Positions 8,891-18,488 are shown, counted from the first letter of the stretch. The stretch: DNA of 64,000 nt from an uncultured Acidobacteriaceae bacterium (GCA_963795845.1 CAWCJV010000017.1:62872-126871); one strand, 5' to 3'. Notes: a model not told the origin generated them from the letters alone. Numbers and translations: made by a program.

Positions 8891-10936
8891 TTGAGCGTGA
8901 GGTCTCATTTGCTTCGAATTGTATCGATGACTTTGTTGCTCAGCTGCCTGGTTGTGGCCGGGGTTCAGGCCCAGGCTCCGCTGCCCCTGATGCCGATGCC
9001 CTCCCAGGTAAAGCCAGGTGAGGGCGAGTTCCTGATAAGCAACGGGTTCGGCATCAGCCTGCAAGGCTTTCAGGAGCCGCGACTGGAGCGGGCCAAGCAA
9101 CGTTTTGTGAATTTGCTATCGAAACAGACGGGGATCCCGCTGTGGCGAGAGGCCGTCCTCAACCAGCCGTCATTCTTCATCAACACCAAGGGTCCGAGCG
9201 CCCCGGTACAGCAAGTGGATGAAGACGAGTCATACCATCTGCAGATTACGGCTACCGAGGTTCACCTGGAAGCGGTGAATCCGTTGGGTGTGCTGCATGG
9301 GCTGCAAACTTTTTTGCAACTGGTCCGCATCACGCCCCGGGGGTTCGTTGTTCCCGCGATGACCATTGACGACCAGCCACGATTTCCGTGGCGGGGGCTG
9401 ATGCTGGATGTGGGCCGGCACTTCCAGCCACTCGACGTGGTTTATCGCACGCTGGATGGGATGGAAGCGGTGAAGATGAACGTCTTCCATTGGCACCTGT
9501 CGGAAGATCAGGGTTTCCGTGTAGAGAGCAAGGTGTATCCCCTGCTGCAGGAGAAAGGCTCTGACGGCCTCTTCTACACGCAGGATCAGATTCGCAGCGT
9601 GATCGAATATGCGCGCGACCGGGGCATCCGGGTGGTGCCGGAGTTCGATATGCCGGGACACGCAACCGCCTGGTTCGTGGGATATCCAGACCTGGCAAGC
9701 GGTTCTGGCCCCTATCGAATCGAGCGCAAGTGGGGTGTGTTCAACCCCGCGATGGACCCGACGCGGGACAGCACCTACACCTTTCTCGACGCGTTTATTG
9801 GCGAGATGACGGCGTTGTTTCCCGATGCCTACTTTCATGTTGGCGGGGATGAGTGCAATGGCAAGGAATGGGACAGGAACCCGCGCATCCAGCAGTTCAT
9901 GAAGGACCACGCGATCAAGGACAATGCTGCGCTGCAGGCCTACTTCAGCGCCAGGGTGCAGAAGATTGTCGCGGCGCACGGCAAGATCATGGTGGGATGG
10001 GACGAGGTGCTTCAGCCGGGCACACCCAAGGATGTGGTGATTCAGTCGTGGCGCGGCCCGCAGTTTGTTGGCCAGGCGGTGAAAGGCGGTAACCGTGCAA
10101 TGCTGTCGGCCGGCTACTATATCGATCTGAACCAGTCAGCGGCGGAGCACTACGCGGCTGACCCCGAAGGGGAAGGGCCTACTACGCTGAGCGCGGAAGA
10201 AAGCAAGAGAATTCTGGGCGGCGAAGCGACCATGTGGTCGGAGTTTGTGACCCCGGAGAACGTGGACAGCCGCATCTGGCCGCGGACGGCAGCGATTGCA
10301 GAACGCCTCTGGTCGCCGCGCAATACGCGCGATGTGGAATCGATGTACACGCGGCTGGCCCTCGTCTCGCAGAGGCTCAACTACTACGGGCTGCAGCATA
10401 ATTCCAGCTATCCGATGATGCTGAGCCGCATGACGGGCGAAGCAGATCCGGTGCCGCTGCGGGTGTTCGGCGATGTTATGCAGCCGCCGCGTAACTACGC
10501 GCGGGAACAGCTGCACGAGTATGACGCTTTCTCACCGCTGAACCACATGATCGACGCTGTTCCTCCGGAAAGCGACACGGCGCGCCAATTTCTTGATATG
10601 GTCAACCGTATCGTTGCCGGCAAGGCGTCACGGGAAGATTGGGAGCAGTCACAGGAGTGGCTGGTGTTGTGGCGTGACAACGATGCGCAGCTTCAGCCTT
10701 TGTTGCCGAAGGCTGAATTGACGAAGGAATTGGCGCCGGTTTCGACCAATTTGCATCATGTCTCGCAGGCTGGCCTGGACGCAATCGGATATCTGCGCGA
10801 ACACCGCAACGCGCCACACGCCTGGAAGGTCCGGGAAGTGGCCTTTCTGAAACAATCTGAGAAACCGCAAGCTGTGCTGCTCAATATGGTGGCACCCGCG
10901 GTTTTGAAGTTGGTGCAAGCCACCACTACCCCTTAA
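8891..10936 (+). CDS. beta-N-acetylhexosaminidase, GH20, secreted
   Basis: The signal peptide is MTLLLSCLVVAGVQAQA. GH20 motifs are FPWRGLMLDVGRHF, HWHLSEDQGFR and FHVGGDECNGKEW. The start is TTG at 8891 or ATG at 8927. Confidence 0.85.
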   Translation: MSVRSHLLRIVSMTLLLSCLVVAGVQAQAPLPLMPMPSQVKPGEGEFLISNGFGISLQGFQEPRLERAKQRFVNLLSKQTGIPLWREAVLNQPSFFINTKGPSAPVQQVDEDESYHLQITATEVHLEAVNPLGVLHGLQTFLQLVRITPRGFVVPAMTIDDQPRFPWRGLMLDVGRHFQPLDVVYRTLDGMEAVKMNVFHWHLSEDQGFRVESKVYPLLQEKGSDGLFYTQDQIRSVIEYARDRGIRVVPEFDMPGHATAWFVGYPDLASGSGPYRIERKWGVFNPAMDPTRDSTYTFLDAFIGEMTALFPDAYFHVGGDECNGKEWDRNPRIQQFMKDHAIKDNAALQAYFSARVQKIVAAHGKIMVGWDEVLQPGTPKDVVIQSWRGPQFVGQAVKGGNRAMLSAGYYIDLNQSAAEHYAADPEGEGPTTLSAEESKRILGGEATMWSEFVTPENVDSRIWPRTAAIAERLWSPRNTRDVESMYTRLALVSQRLNYYGLQHNSSYPMMLSRMTGEADPVPLRVFGDVMQPPRNYAREQLHEYDAFSPLNHMIDAVPPESDTARQFLDMVNRIVAGKASREDWEQSQEWLVLWRDNDAQLQPLLPKAELTKELAPVSTNLHHVSQAGLDAIGYLREHRNAPHAWKVREVAFLKQSEKPQAVLLNMVAPAVLKLVQATTTP

Positions 10937-10981
10937 AGGATTGAAACATGTCAGTAACAAGCTTCGTCGAGACTCCCAACT

Positions 10982-13390
10982 ATGAGTGATGGGCGTTGGG
11001 TACTTTTGATTGCCAGTGAATTGGGTGGTACGAACTCGGTGTCTGACCGGGCCATGGATCGCCTCTGCGGCGCGATTACGGAGGAGGGCTACGAAGTCAT
11101 CCGGACGTCAACGCCGGAGGATGGTCTATCCATGGTTCAATCCGACCCGTCGTACAGCGCGATTCTGCTGGACTGGGATCTGGAGCAGGAGCACCAGTTC
11201 GATGAACGCGCGGCGCTGAAGATTATTCGCGCTGTTCGGCGGCGGAACAAGAAAGTGCCGATTTTCCTGATCGCGGACCGTACTCTGGTCAGCGAACTGC
11301 CTTTGGAAGTGGTCAAGCAGGTTCACGAGTATATCCACTTGTTTGGCGATACCCCTGCGTTCATCGCCAACCGGGTGGACTTCGCCGTGAAGCGGTACGA
11401 CGAGCAGTTGCTGCCGCCGTATTTCCGGGAGTTGAAGAAGTACACGGATCAGGGGGCCTACTCCTGGGACGCGCCGGGGCACATGGGCGGAGTGGCTTTC
11501 CTGAAGCATCCGGTGGGCATGCAGTTCCATCGTTATTTCGGCGAGAATCTGCTGCGGGCCGACCTGGGAATCTCCACTTCCTCACTGGGCTCGTGGCTCG
11601 ATCATATTGGGCCGCCGGCGGAATCGGAGCGCAATGCAGCGCGCATCTTCGGCGCGGACTGGACTTTCTATGTGCTGAGCGGTTCTTCCACTTCGAACCA
11701 GATTGTCGGCCACGGAGTGATTGGTAACAATGACATGGTGTTGATCGACGCCAACTGTCACAAGTCGATCTGCCATTCGCTCACGGTCACGGGAGGACGT
11801 CCGGTTTACTTCAAACCTACCCGGAATGGTTACGGCATGATCGGCCTGGTGCCGTTGCGCCGCTTCTCTCCGGAGTACATCAAACAACTGATCGCCAATA
11901 GTCCCTTCAGCGCGGGGGCTGCGTCACCGGAACCGACTTATGCGGTGGTAACGAATTCGACCTATGACGGTTTTTGTTACGACGTGCAGCGGGTTACCAG
12001 TGAATTGGCGCGCAGTGTGCCTCGGGTGCATTTCGACGAGGCCTGGTATGCGTATGCAAAGTTCCACGCAATCTACCGGGGCCGCTTCGCCATGGATGTG
12101 CCCGAAGATATGCCCAATCGGCCGCTGCTGTTCGCAGTGCAGTCCACGCACAAGATGCTGGCGGCGTTTTCGATGGCGTCGATGATCCACGTGAAGCTAA
12201 GCGACCGGGCTCCCCTCGATTTCGATCAGTTCAACGAATCGTTCATGATGCACGGGACGACGTCTCCGTTTTATCCGATGATTGCGTCGCTCGACGTGGC
12301 CACGTCGATGATGGACGAGCCCGCCGGCCCGACGCTGATGTACGAGACGATTCAGGACGCGATCAGCTTCAGGAAAGCGATGTCTTCGATCGCGCACCGG
12401 CTGCGTTCCACCAACGGGGACGAATGGTTCTTCCGGATTTACCAGCCGGATACGGTTACGGACCCGACGACTGGAGCGACGTCTCTGTTTGAGGAGACTC
12501 CCGATTCGCTGCTGATCCACTCGCCGAATTGCTGGACGCTCAAGGGAGACGACGACTGGCATGGGTTCCGGAACGAGGACATTGCCGACGACTATTGCAT
12601 GCTTGACCCTACCAAGGTCACGATTCTCATGCCCGGTCTGAATTCACGCGGAGAGCTTTCGGATTGGGGGATTCCGGCGGCGATCCTGACTGAATTTCTC
12701 GATGCGCGGCTGGTAGAGATTGCCCGGACCGGCGACTACACGGCGTTGATCCTGTTTTCGGTGGGAACCAGTAAAGGCAAATGGGGCAGCTTGCTGGAAA
12801 CGCTGTTTGAGTTCAAGCGGCTCTACGATAACGACGGTACGCTGTACGAGGCATTGCCGGACCTGGTGGAGGAACATCCGCTGCGTTACCGGGACATGAC
12901 GTTAAAGGAACTGAGCGATGAGATGCATGCGGCCATGGTGCAGTTGAATCTGACCAACCTGCTGCACCAGGCCTGCGACGTGGATCCCGATCCTGTGCTG
13001 ACGCCGGCGCAAACGTATCAGAAGTTGATACGTAACGGGACGGAGAAGGTCAGGATTTCCGAGATGGCTGGGCGGTTGGCCGGGGTCATGCTGGTTCCCT
13101 ACCCTCCGGGTATTCCGGTGCGCATGCCCGGCGAGCGCATGGGTGATGCGGATAGTCCTATTATTCGGCTGTTGCTGGCGTTGGAGAAGTTTGGAAAGCA
13201 GTTTCCCGGGTTTGAGCGTGAGGTCCACGGGATTGAGTTGGGGGCCGACGGGGAGTACTGGATGCGGAGCGTGATTGAGTCGGCTGCTCCGGCGGCGAAT
13301 GGTAAGAAGGCCGCTTCGCCGGCTCGCAATACGAAGCGGCGGGCCAAGAAGGCGGTTGTTCCTGCTCCTGATCCTAAGGGAATGAGCTGA
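10982..13390 (+). CDS. Orn/Lys/Arg decarboxylase, large wing-domain (biodegradative-type) family, PLP-dependent
   Basis: 802 aa. The N-terminal wing domain (VLLIASELGG...ILLDWDL) and the PLP-lysine motif STHKMLAAFSMASMIH are present. There is a basic Lys/Ala/Pro-rich C-terminal tail. Confidence 0.8.
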   Translation: MSDGRWVLLIASELGGTNSVSDRAMDRLCGAITEEGYEVIRTSTPEDGLSMVQSDPSYSAILLDWDLEQEHQFDERAALKIIRAVRRRNKKVPIFLIADRTLVSELPLEVVKQVHEYIHLFGDTPAFIANRVDFAVKRYDEQLLPPYFRELKKYTDQGAYSWDAPGHMGGVAFLKHPVGMQFHRYFGENLLRADLGISTSSLGSWLDHIGPPAESERNAARIFGADWTFYVLSGSSTSNQIVGHGVIGNNDMVLIDANCHKSICHSLTVTGGRPVYFKPTRNGYGMIGLVPLRRFSPEYIKQLIANSPFSAGAASPEPTYAVVTNSTYDGFCYDVQRVTSELARSVPRVHFDEAWYAYAKFHAIYRGRFAMDVPEDMPNRPLLFAVQSTHKMLAAFSMASMIHVKLSDRAPLDFDQFNESFMMHGTTSPFYPMIASLDVATSMMDEPAGPTLMYETIQDAISFRKAMSSIAHRLRSTNGDEWFFRIYQPDTVTDPTTGATSLFEETPDSLLIHSPNCWTLKGDDDWHGFRNEDIADDYCMLDPTKVTILMPGLNSRGELSDWGIPAAILTEFLDARLVEIARTGDYTALILFSVGTSKGKWGSLLETLFEFKRLYDNDGTLYEALPDLVEEHPLRYRDMTLKELSDEMHAAMVQLNLTNLLHQACDVDPDPVLTPAQTYQKLIRNGTEKVRISEMAGRLAGVMLVPYPPGIPVRMPGERMGDADSPIIRLLLALEKFGKQFPGFEREVHGIELGADGEYWMRSVIESAAPAANGKKAASPARNTKRRAKKAVVPAPDPKGMS

Positions 13391-13472
13391 GAAGGGTGCG
13401 ACGGGTCGTTCAGCTGGGATTGTTTGGCTGATTGAGTGAAAGCGGTCGATGGGCTGCGCCCGTCGTTTTCGG

Positions 13473-13608
13473 CCCACGTACGCCGTGGCGAACGTGGGGC
13501 ACCCGTCCGATTTCCTTCGGACACCCTCTCACCAAGAGGGTGAGTCGAGTTTCCATGGACGATCTGTTGCAGGGATCCCAGGTCTCAAAAGCGAGACCTG
13601 GGGCACCC
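13473..13608. repeat. cluster of three hairpins, two of the 'hairpin + GGGGCACCC' family
   Basis: The hairpins are cccacgtacgcc..gcgaacgtggggcaccc (13473-13505), caccctc-tcaccaa-gagggtg (13522-13542), and cccaggtctc-aaaagc-gagacctggg-gcaccc (13577-13608). The last is identical to the units at 7623 and 17425. Confidence 0.8.
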
Positions 13609-13717
13609 ATCGGTTTTTACCGACGGCGCTGGTCATTCCACTCTCGATCACAAAGGAAAGGGCTACGGTTCCATAAAGAGTTGCTGGACGGAGAGGTTTG
13701 AACTTTCCTTCCGAATC

Positions 13718-14767
13718 TCAGCGGGCTGCGTAGGATTTAGTCTGCCCGGTTCGCGAATTGAACATGGTGAAGCTGCCGTTGGGAGTGACGGTTAGCTTCA
13801 GGTAGTTGGCTGCATCGGGCCCTGTCGGGTTCGCGATGTACTCGGCTGCGGTGTTGTGGGTTCCGGCCTCGTCCGAGGTGTGGAGCTGCCAGAGCGTTTC
13901 AAGGCCGGGGGCTTTGGCGATGGTTTCGAAGGTCGGCGTGGAGCCGCCTTTTTTATTGCCGTTGTTCATGACCGCTATCCGCGGGGCTACCGCATCCACC
14001 AGTGCGGGGCTCGAGCTCTGGAACAATCCGTGATGTGAGACGACCAGGATGTCCACCTTGCCAACTTTGTTTACGGGGCACATGAGCTGCATTTCCCTGT
14101 CCCAGGTTAGATCGCCGAGATCGAGAATCCTGGTCTTGCCGAAGGTGAAAAGAGTCCCGAGCGAACGAGCATTGTCGGTCTTATCTTCGGGCCTGGTTTC
14201 TGATTGCTTGCAGTAGGCGTTCGGCTGCCCGGCGCCGGGCAGTGCGTGGTCGAGTAGCTCGCCGTTGGAGCTGATCACGACCGCCTTGATTCCCGGGATG
14301 GGTAAAGCGTCTCCGGGCTTGGGCGTTATATGGCCGTAGTGACCGTTGGCCAGCAGTTGCTGATAAGCCGGATACGCTTTTTTCGTGGAGGGATCAGTGG
14401 GGCTGTCGGGACCGTGATCGATGAACGTGCCTACCGGCATGCGCGCCAGGAGCTCGGGTAGACCGCCAATGTGGTCAGCGTGGTAGTGGGTGAACAGCAG
14501 ATAGTCGATCTTAGTCACGCCCGCGTCTTTGGCTGCGGCGACAATGCGGCCGGCGTCCAGGCCGTTGTTCCCTGCCCACCCGGTGTCGATCAGCAGCGAC
14601 TTCCCTGCCGGGGTGACAAAGAGCGTCGATTGCCCGCCGTCGACGTCGATGAAATAAACCTGCAAATCATGGCTCGCAGCCGTTGCCATGCGTGCGCTCA
14701 AAAGCAGCAGCCCGGCCAGAAGGATTGTCAGAAGATATTGCGTCTTTGATTTACGCACTGGGATCAA
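13718..14767 (-). CDS. MBL-fold metallo-hydrolase, secreted (ComEC-type beta-lactamase-like domain)
   Basis: The signal peptide is LLTILLAGLLLLSARMATAA. The HxHxDH motif (FTHYHADHIGG) and a later VVSHHG are present. Confidence 0.8.
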   Translation of the reverse strand: MIPVRKSKTQYLLTILLAGLLLLSARMATAASHDLQVYFIDVDGGQSTLFVTPAGKSLLIDTGWAGNNGLDAGRIVAAAKDAGVTKIDYLLFTHYHADHIGGLPELLARMPVGTFIDHGPDSPTDPSTKKAYPAYQQLLANGHYGHITPKPGDALPIPGIKAVVISSNGELLDHALPGAGQPNAYCKQSETRPEDKTDNARSLGTLFTFGKTRILDLGDLTWDREMQLMCPVNKVGKVDILVVSHHGLFQSSSPALVDAVAPRIAVMNNGNKKGGSTPTFETIAKAPGLETLWQLHTSDEAGTHNTAAEYIANPTGPDAANYLKLTVTPNGSFTMFNSRTGQTKSYAAR

Positions 14768-15788
14768 GCACCACCTTCATCAGATTTGGTTCGCCCGCGT
14801 GCAGCCGTTCAAACCAACGCGGGCCGTCCTCGAGCGGAGCAACCGCGGTGATCAGGGACTTCACTTTGATTTTTCCGTTGGCCAGCAATTCCATTGCCTG
14901 GGGATACTCGCCGGAGGAAGCACACGAGCCCTGGAGACGAATCTGCCGGGAGACCACTGCCTGCAGGGGAATTTTGATTTCGGGAGAGATATTGCCTATG
15001 AGCGTGACGGTCCCGCCCTTGCGTACGCTGGCAATGGAAGCGGCAATGGTTTCCTGGCGGCCGACGGCTTCGAGGACAAGGTCCACACCGCGGCCGCCGG
15101 TCTGACGAAGAATTTCCTGGACCAAGTCGTTTCCGGAAAGGAGCAGTGTTTCGTCGGCGCCGATATTTTTGGCTGTTTCCAGGCGGGTGCGATCGATATC
15201 CGCCACCAGCACCTTGGTGGCTCCCGCGGCCTTCGCCGCCTGCAGTGTCAACAAGCCGATCATGCCGGCTCCGATGACGAGAGCCGTCTCGCCACCCTTC
15301 ATTTCCGAGACGCGTACTGCGTGCAGCGCGACCGAGACGGCTTCAAGCATCGCCGCTTCTTTGAACTCGAGCGCTTCCGGCAGATGGTAAGCGATGCGTT
15401 GGGGCACCACGACGTACTCCGCGAAGGCGCCAGCGCGACGGTAGTCCCCGCAGGAAACCCCGACGACCTGGCGGTTGTTGCAGAGGTTGATCTCTCCTTG
15501 ACGGCAGAACTCGCACTCACCGCAATAGACCGTGGAATCGAAGGTCACCCGATCGCCGGCTTTGAATTTTTTCACGCCGGAGCCAGTCGAGGCTACGACT
15601 CCCGCCGCTTCATGCCCCATGACGATAGGTGGAATTCGCCTGCCGGAGGTGCCGTCGTAGCCATGAACGTCGCTACCGCAGATGCCACAGGCGGCCACAC
15701 GCACCAGAATCTCGTCCGGACCAGGCTCAGGAGCGGGAAGATCGGCAATGTCAAGCTGGTTATATTGCGAAAGGAGCAGTGCTTTCAT
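14751..15788 (-). CDS. Zn-dependent medium-chain alcohol/polyol dehydrogenase
   Basis: Motifs GICGSDVHGYDG, GHEAAGVV, CGECEFCRQG and the Rossmann VIGAGMIGL are present. The likely start is MKALLLSQ at 15788. The 3' end overlaps the MBL gene start by 17 nt. Confidence 0.85.
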   Translation of the reverse strand: MKALLLSQYNQLDIADLPAPEPGPDEILVRVAACGICGSDVHGYDGTSGRRIPPIVMGHEAAGVVASTGSGVKKFKAGDRVTFDSTVYCGECEFCRQGEINLCNNRQVVGVSCGDYRRAGAFAEYVVVPQRIAYHLPEALEFKEAAMLEAVSVALHAVRVSEMKGGETALVIGAGMIGLLTLQAAKAAGATKVLVADIDRTRLETAKNIGADETLLLSGNDLVQEILRQTGGRGVDLVLEAVGRQETIAASIASVRKGGTVTLIGNISPEIKIPLQAVVSRQIRLQGSCASSGEYPQAMELLANGKIKVKSLITAVAPLEDGPRWFERLHAGEPNLMKVVLDPSA

Positions 15789-15873
15789 AGAAGGTAAGGG
15801 TACATGGTTGGTAGCCGCATCCTCAAGCAAGGGGTGGGCAAGCCATGTACGATAGTTCTATCGCCGGACCCCC

Positions 15874-17265
15874 ATGAGTACACGCAGTCTTAAACGCAGA
15901 CTGATTGCAGGATTCGGCGCCAATTCCTTCAGCCGCCTCTCCACCACACTCACCCAGATTTTTTCGGTTCCGGTGTTCCTCAGCCACTGGGGCGTGCACC
16001 TTTACGGCGAGTGGATCCTGCTGAATACCATTCCCAGTTACCTAGGCCTTAGCGACGTGGGGTTCGGCAGCGTTGCCGGCAACGAGATGACGATGCTGGC
16101 GGCGGCACAGGATTTCGATCAGGCCCTGGTGGTTTTCCAGAGTGTCTGGGTGCTGACCACCGTCATCACCAGCTTGCTCGGCCTGCTGCTGATTGCGACG
16201 GTGTGGGTGCTCCCCTTGGGAGCGTGGCTACACATGCATTCCATCAGCGGAGGGGATGCCAGGCTGATTGTGTTGCTGCTCGGTCTCGCGGTCCTGCTGG
16301 GCATGCAGGAGACCTTGTTTCAGGCGGCTTTTCGTTGCGTGGGCAAATATCCGCTAGGGACCATGGCGAAGAGCGTGGTAGTGCTAGCGGCGTTCTTGAG
16401 CACGATGGTTGGGGTAGGGCTGCACCTGGGACCGGTTCCGGTTGCGGTGCTGTATGTGGCGGTGAACGCGGTGGGGGTCTTTGCTCTCTGGATTCTTCTC
16501 AAGCGCGAGGTGCCGTGGATCCGGTTCGGCGTCCGGCATGCGCAATGGGCGGTGATCCGGAGGCTCACCGGCCCAGCGATTTCGTTTATGAGCTTTCCGC
16601 TGGTGAATGCTTTGAACCTGCAGGGCATCCTGGTGGTGATTGGTTATGTGATGGGCCCGATCGCGGTGGTCACGTTCAATACGGCGCGGACGATCTCGCG
16701 CAGCGCGGCGCAAGGGATGAACCTGATCAACAATTCGATATGGCCGGAGATGTCCGCGGCCTTTGGGATAGGCGCTATGGATGTCGCTCGGATGCTCCAC
16801 CGGCGGGCTTGCCAGATTTCCCTGGTGCTGTGCCTGAGTATCACCCTGGGGGTCGCTTTTCTGGGGGATTGGATTTGGAAGATCTGGACGGTGGGGAAGG
16901 TCCCGACGGATCCTGTGCTGCTGAACATCATGCTGTTGCAGATGGTGATTTCGGCGTTCTGGTTCACCAGTTCGGTGGTGCCGATGGCGATCAACCAGCA
17001 CCAGAGAATGGCGCGGGCTATGTTAAGTGCTACCTGCGTGGCGCTAGGGCTCGCCTGGGTGTTGATGCATGTTCCGGCGCTTGGCTTGCGCGGAGCGGCG
17101 ATTGCGTTGGTGGCAGGGGATTTGTTTACGGCGTTTTATGTGTTGCGGGAGAGTTTGCGGTTGCTGGATGACCACCTGGGCGAGTTTGCGCGGAGCCTGA
17201 TGGATTTGTCGCTGCTGCAGCGGTTCTGGAGACGGCCTAAGGTGGCGTTGGGTAATGAGGAGTAG
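15874..17265 (+). CDS. polysaccharide/oligosaccharide flippase, MOP (Wzx-like) superfamily membrane protein
   Basis: 463 aa and highly hydrophobic with about 12 predicted TM segments. The N-terminus (LIAGFGANSFSRLSTTLTQIFSVPVFLSHWG..YGEW) is typical of Wzx-like flippases. Confidence 0.65.
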   Translation: MSTRSLKRRLIAGFGANSFSRLSTTLTQIFSVPVFLSHWGVHLYGEWILLNTIPSYLGLSDVGFGSVAGNEMTMLAAAQDFDQALVVFQSVWVLTTVITSLLGLLLIATVWVLPLGAWLHMHSISGGDARLIVLLLGLAVLLGMQETLFQAAFRCVGKYPLGTMAKSVVVLAAFLSTMVGVGLHLGPVPVAVLYVAVNAVGVFALWILLKREVPWIRFGVRHAQWAVIRRLTGPAISFMSFPLVNALNLQGILVVIGYVMGPIAVVTFNTARTISRSAAQGMNLINNSIWPEMSAAFGIGAMDVARMLHRRACQISLVLCLSITLGVAFLGDWIWKIWTVGKVPTDPVLLNIMLLQMVISAFWFTSSVVPMAINQHQRMARAMLSATCVALGLAWVLMHVPALGLRGAAIALVAGDLFTAFYVLRESLRLLDDHLGEFARSLMDLSLLQRFWRRPKVALGNEE

Positions 17266-17287
17266 CGGGGACGTGAAGTGACCGCAA

Positions 17288-17511
17288 GTCGCTCCGCTCC
17301 GGTCGGGATGACAAGGGTGAGGGCTTGTCGCCGGTGTAGGGCTTGCGATGGGGATAGAAGTTCTATCTTGTTTGTGTCCCTGTGGTTACGTCACGAGTGT
17401 CCATGAGGTATGGGTTGCAGGGATCCCAGGTCTCAAAAGCGAGACCTGGGGCACCCTTCGCGTTTTTCCTTTGATTCTGGTTGGTGTGGAGAGCGAACGG
17501 CAGATCCCTCC
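17288..17511. repeat. ~225-bp intergenic repeat, copy 2 (near-identical to 7485-7709)
   Basis: Same sequence and same orientation as copy 1, including the hairpin at 17425-17456. The track ORFs at 7546 and 17348 give identical MGIEVLSCLCPCG... translations. Confidence 0.85.
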
Positions 17512-17559
17512 ACGCGTAGTTCTGGTTGGGATTTCTGGGCTACGCGGGAGGGCGGCCGG

Positions 17560-17799
17560 TTAGACTTTTTCGGCGGATTCGGGGACGGCGGCGGCGGCGG
17601 CCTGGAAGCCTATTTTGGAATGGGTTCCGTCGCAGAAGGGCTTGTTGGTGGATGCGCCGCAACGACAGAGAGAAACGGCGGGTTTGCCGGCAAGATCGAT
17701 TTCTTTACCGTCTGTGTTGATCAGCTTGATGGGACCTTCTACGCGAAATGGTCCGTTTGGTCGGACCGTGATAGTTACTTCACCCTCAGCCATGAGCAC
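17560..17799 (-). CDS. CDGSH iron-sulfur domain protein
   Basis: 79 aa containing CRCGASTNKPFCDGTH, the CDGSH [2Fe-2S] signature. Confidence 0.85.
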   Translation of the reverse strand: MLMAEGEVTITVRPNGPFRVEGPIKLINTDGKEIDLAGKPAVSLCRCGASTNKPFCDGTHSKIGFQAAAAAVPESAEKV

Positions 17800-17853
17800 C
17801 CCAGTTTAGAGATTGTAAGTTCGGATTGAGTCTAGCAGCCGGCAACGGGGAAA

Positions 17854-18096
17854 TTAGTCGCTGTCGAGATTCTGCGTGGCCTTGGGCAATTCGTTCGGGG
17901 GTTTTGGCTGGGGTTCCTGAATGTTTCCCGGGGTGCCGGTGGTGGAACTGGTCACGGGGCCTACCACGTTCGAACTCTTGCCGGCCTTCTGGCCTTTCCA
18001 GCCAGTGGTACTAACATTTTGCGCAGTGCTACCTGTTTCGCAACCCAGCACCAATCCGCAAGAGATGAGCAGCAAGAGAACACTTGCTTTGAGCAT
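17854..18096 (-). CDS. small lipoprotein (hypothetical)
   Basis: 80 aa. The N-terminus MLKASVLLLLISCGLVLGCETG carries a lipobox-like LVLGC. The rest is low complexity and rich in Thr/Gly/Pro. Confidence 0.45.
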   Translation of the reverse strand: MLKASVLLLLISCGLVLGCETGSTAQNVSTTGWKGQKAGKSSNVVGPVTSSTTGTPGNIQEPQPKPPNELPKATQNLDSD

Positions 18097-18223
18097 GATT
18101 TCTCCTTGAAGGCGATTCTATATGGAGACGGGGTTTTGGAGGCAAATGTGGAGAAGAGAAGCGCAGGAGAGGTTCCCAGAAAGGACCGCGAATTGAGAGC
18201 GCCAAGATCCAGACCGTGAAGCA

Positions 18224-18256
18224 GAAGGGAAAGACGGCAGAACCGTCTTTCCCTTC
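18224..18256. terminator. 14-bp-stem hairpin downstream of csp (possibly bidirectional)
   Basis: Perfect stem gaagggaaagacgg-cagaa-ccgtctttcccttc, 32 nt past the csp stop. The T-tract is weak on the minus strand. Confidence 0.55.
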
Positions 18257-18287
18257 TTAAGCAAATTGTTTGATTTCTGGCTAAAGA

Positions 18288-18488
18288 TTACAGAACTTGA
18301 ACGTTCTCAGCCTGCCAACCCTTGGGGCCCTTGGTGACGTTGAACTGAACCGCCTGGCCTTCTTGGAGAGTGCGGAAGCCGTTTGCTTGAATCGCTGTGT
18401 GGTGCACGAAAACATCCTCACCATTTGCACGGCTCAAAAAGCCGAACCCCTTGGCATCGTTGAACCATTTCACTGTACCTTGTTCCAT
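18288..18488 (-). CDS. cspA: cold-shock protein, CspA family
   Basis: 66 aa reading [19 protein letters not shown]...DVFVHHTAI, with RNP1 (KGFGF) and RNP2 (VFVHH). An AAGGAAG SD lies upstream. Confidence 0.95.
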   Translation of the reverse strand: MEQGTVKWFNDAKGFGFLSRANGEDVFVHHTAIQANGFRTLQEGQAVQFNVTKGPKGWQAENVQVL

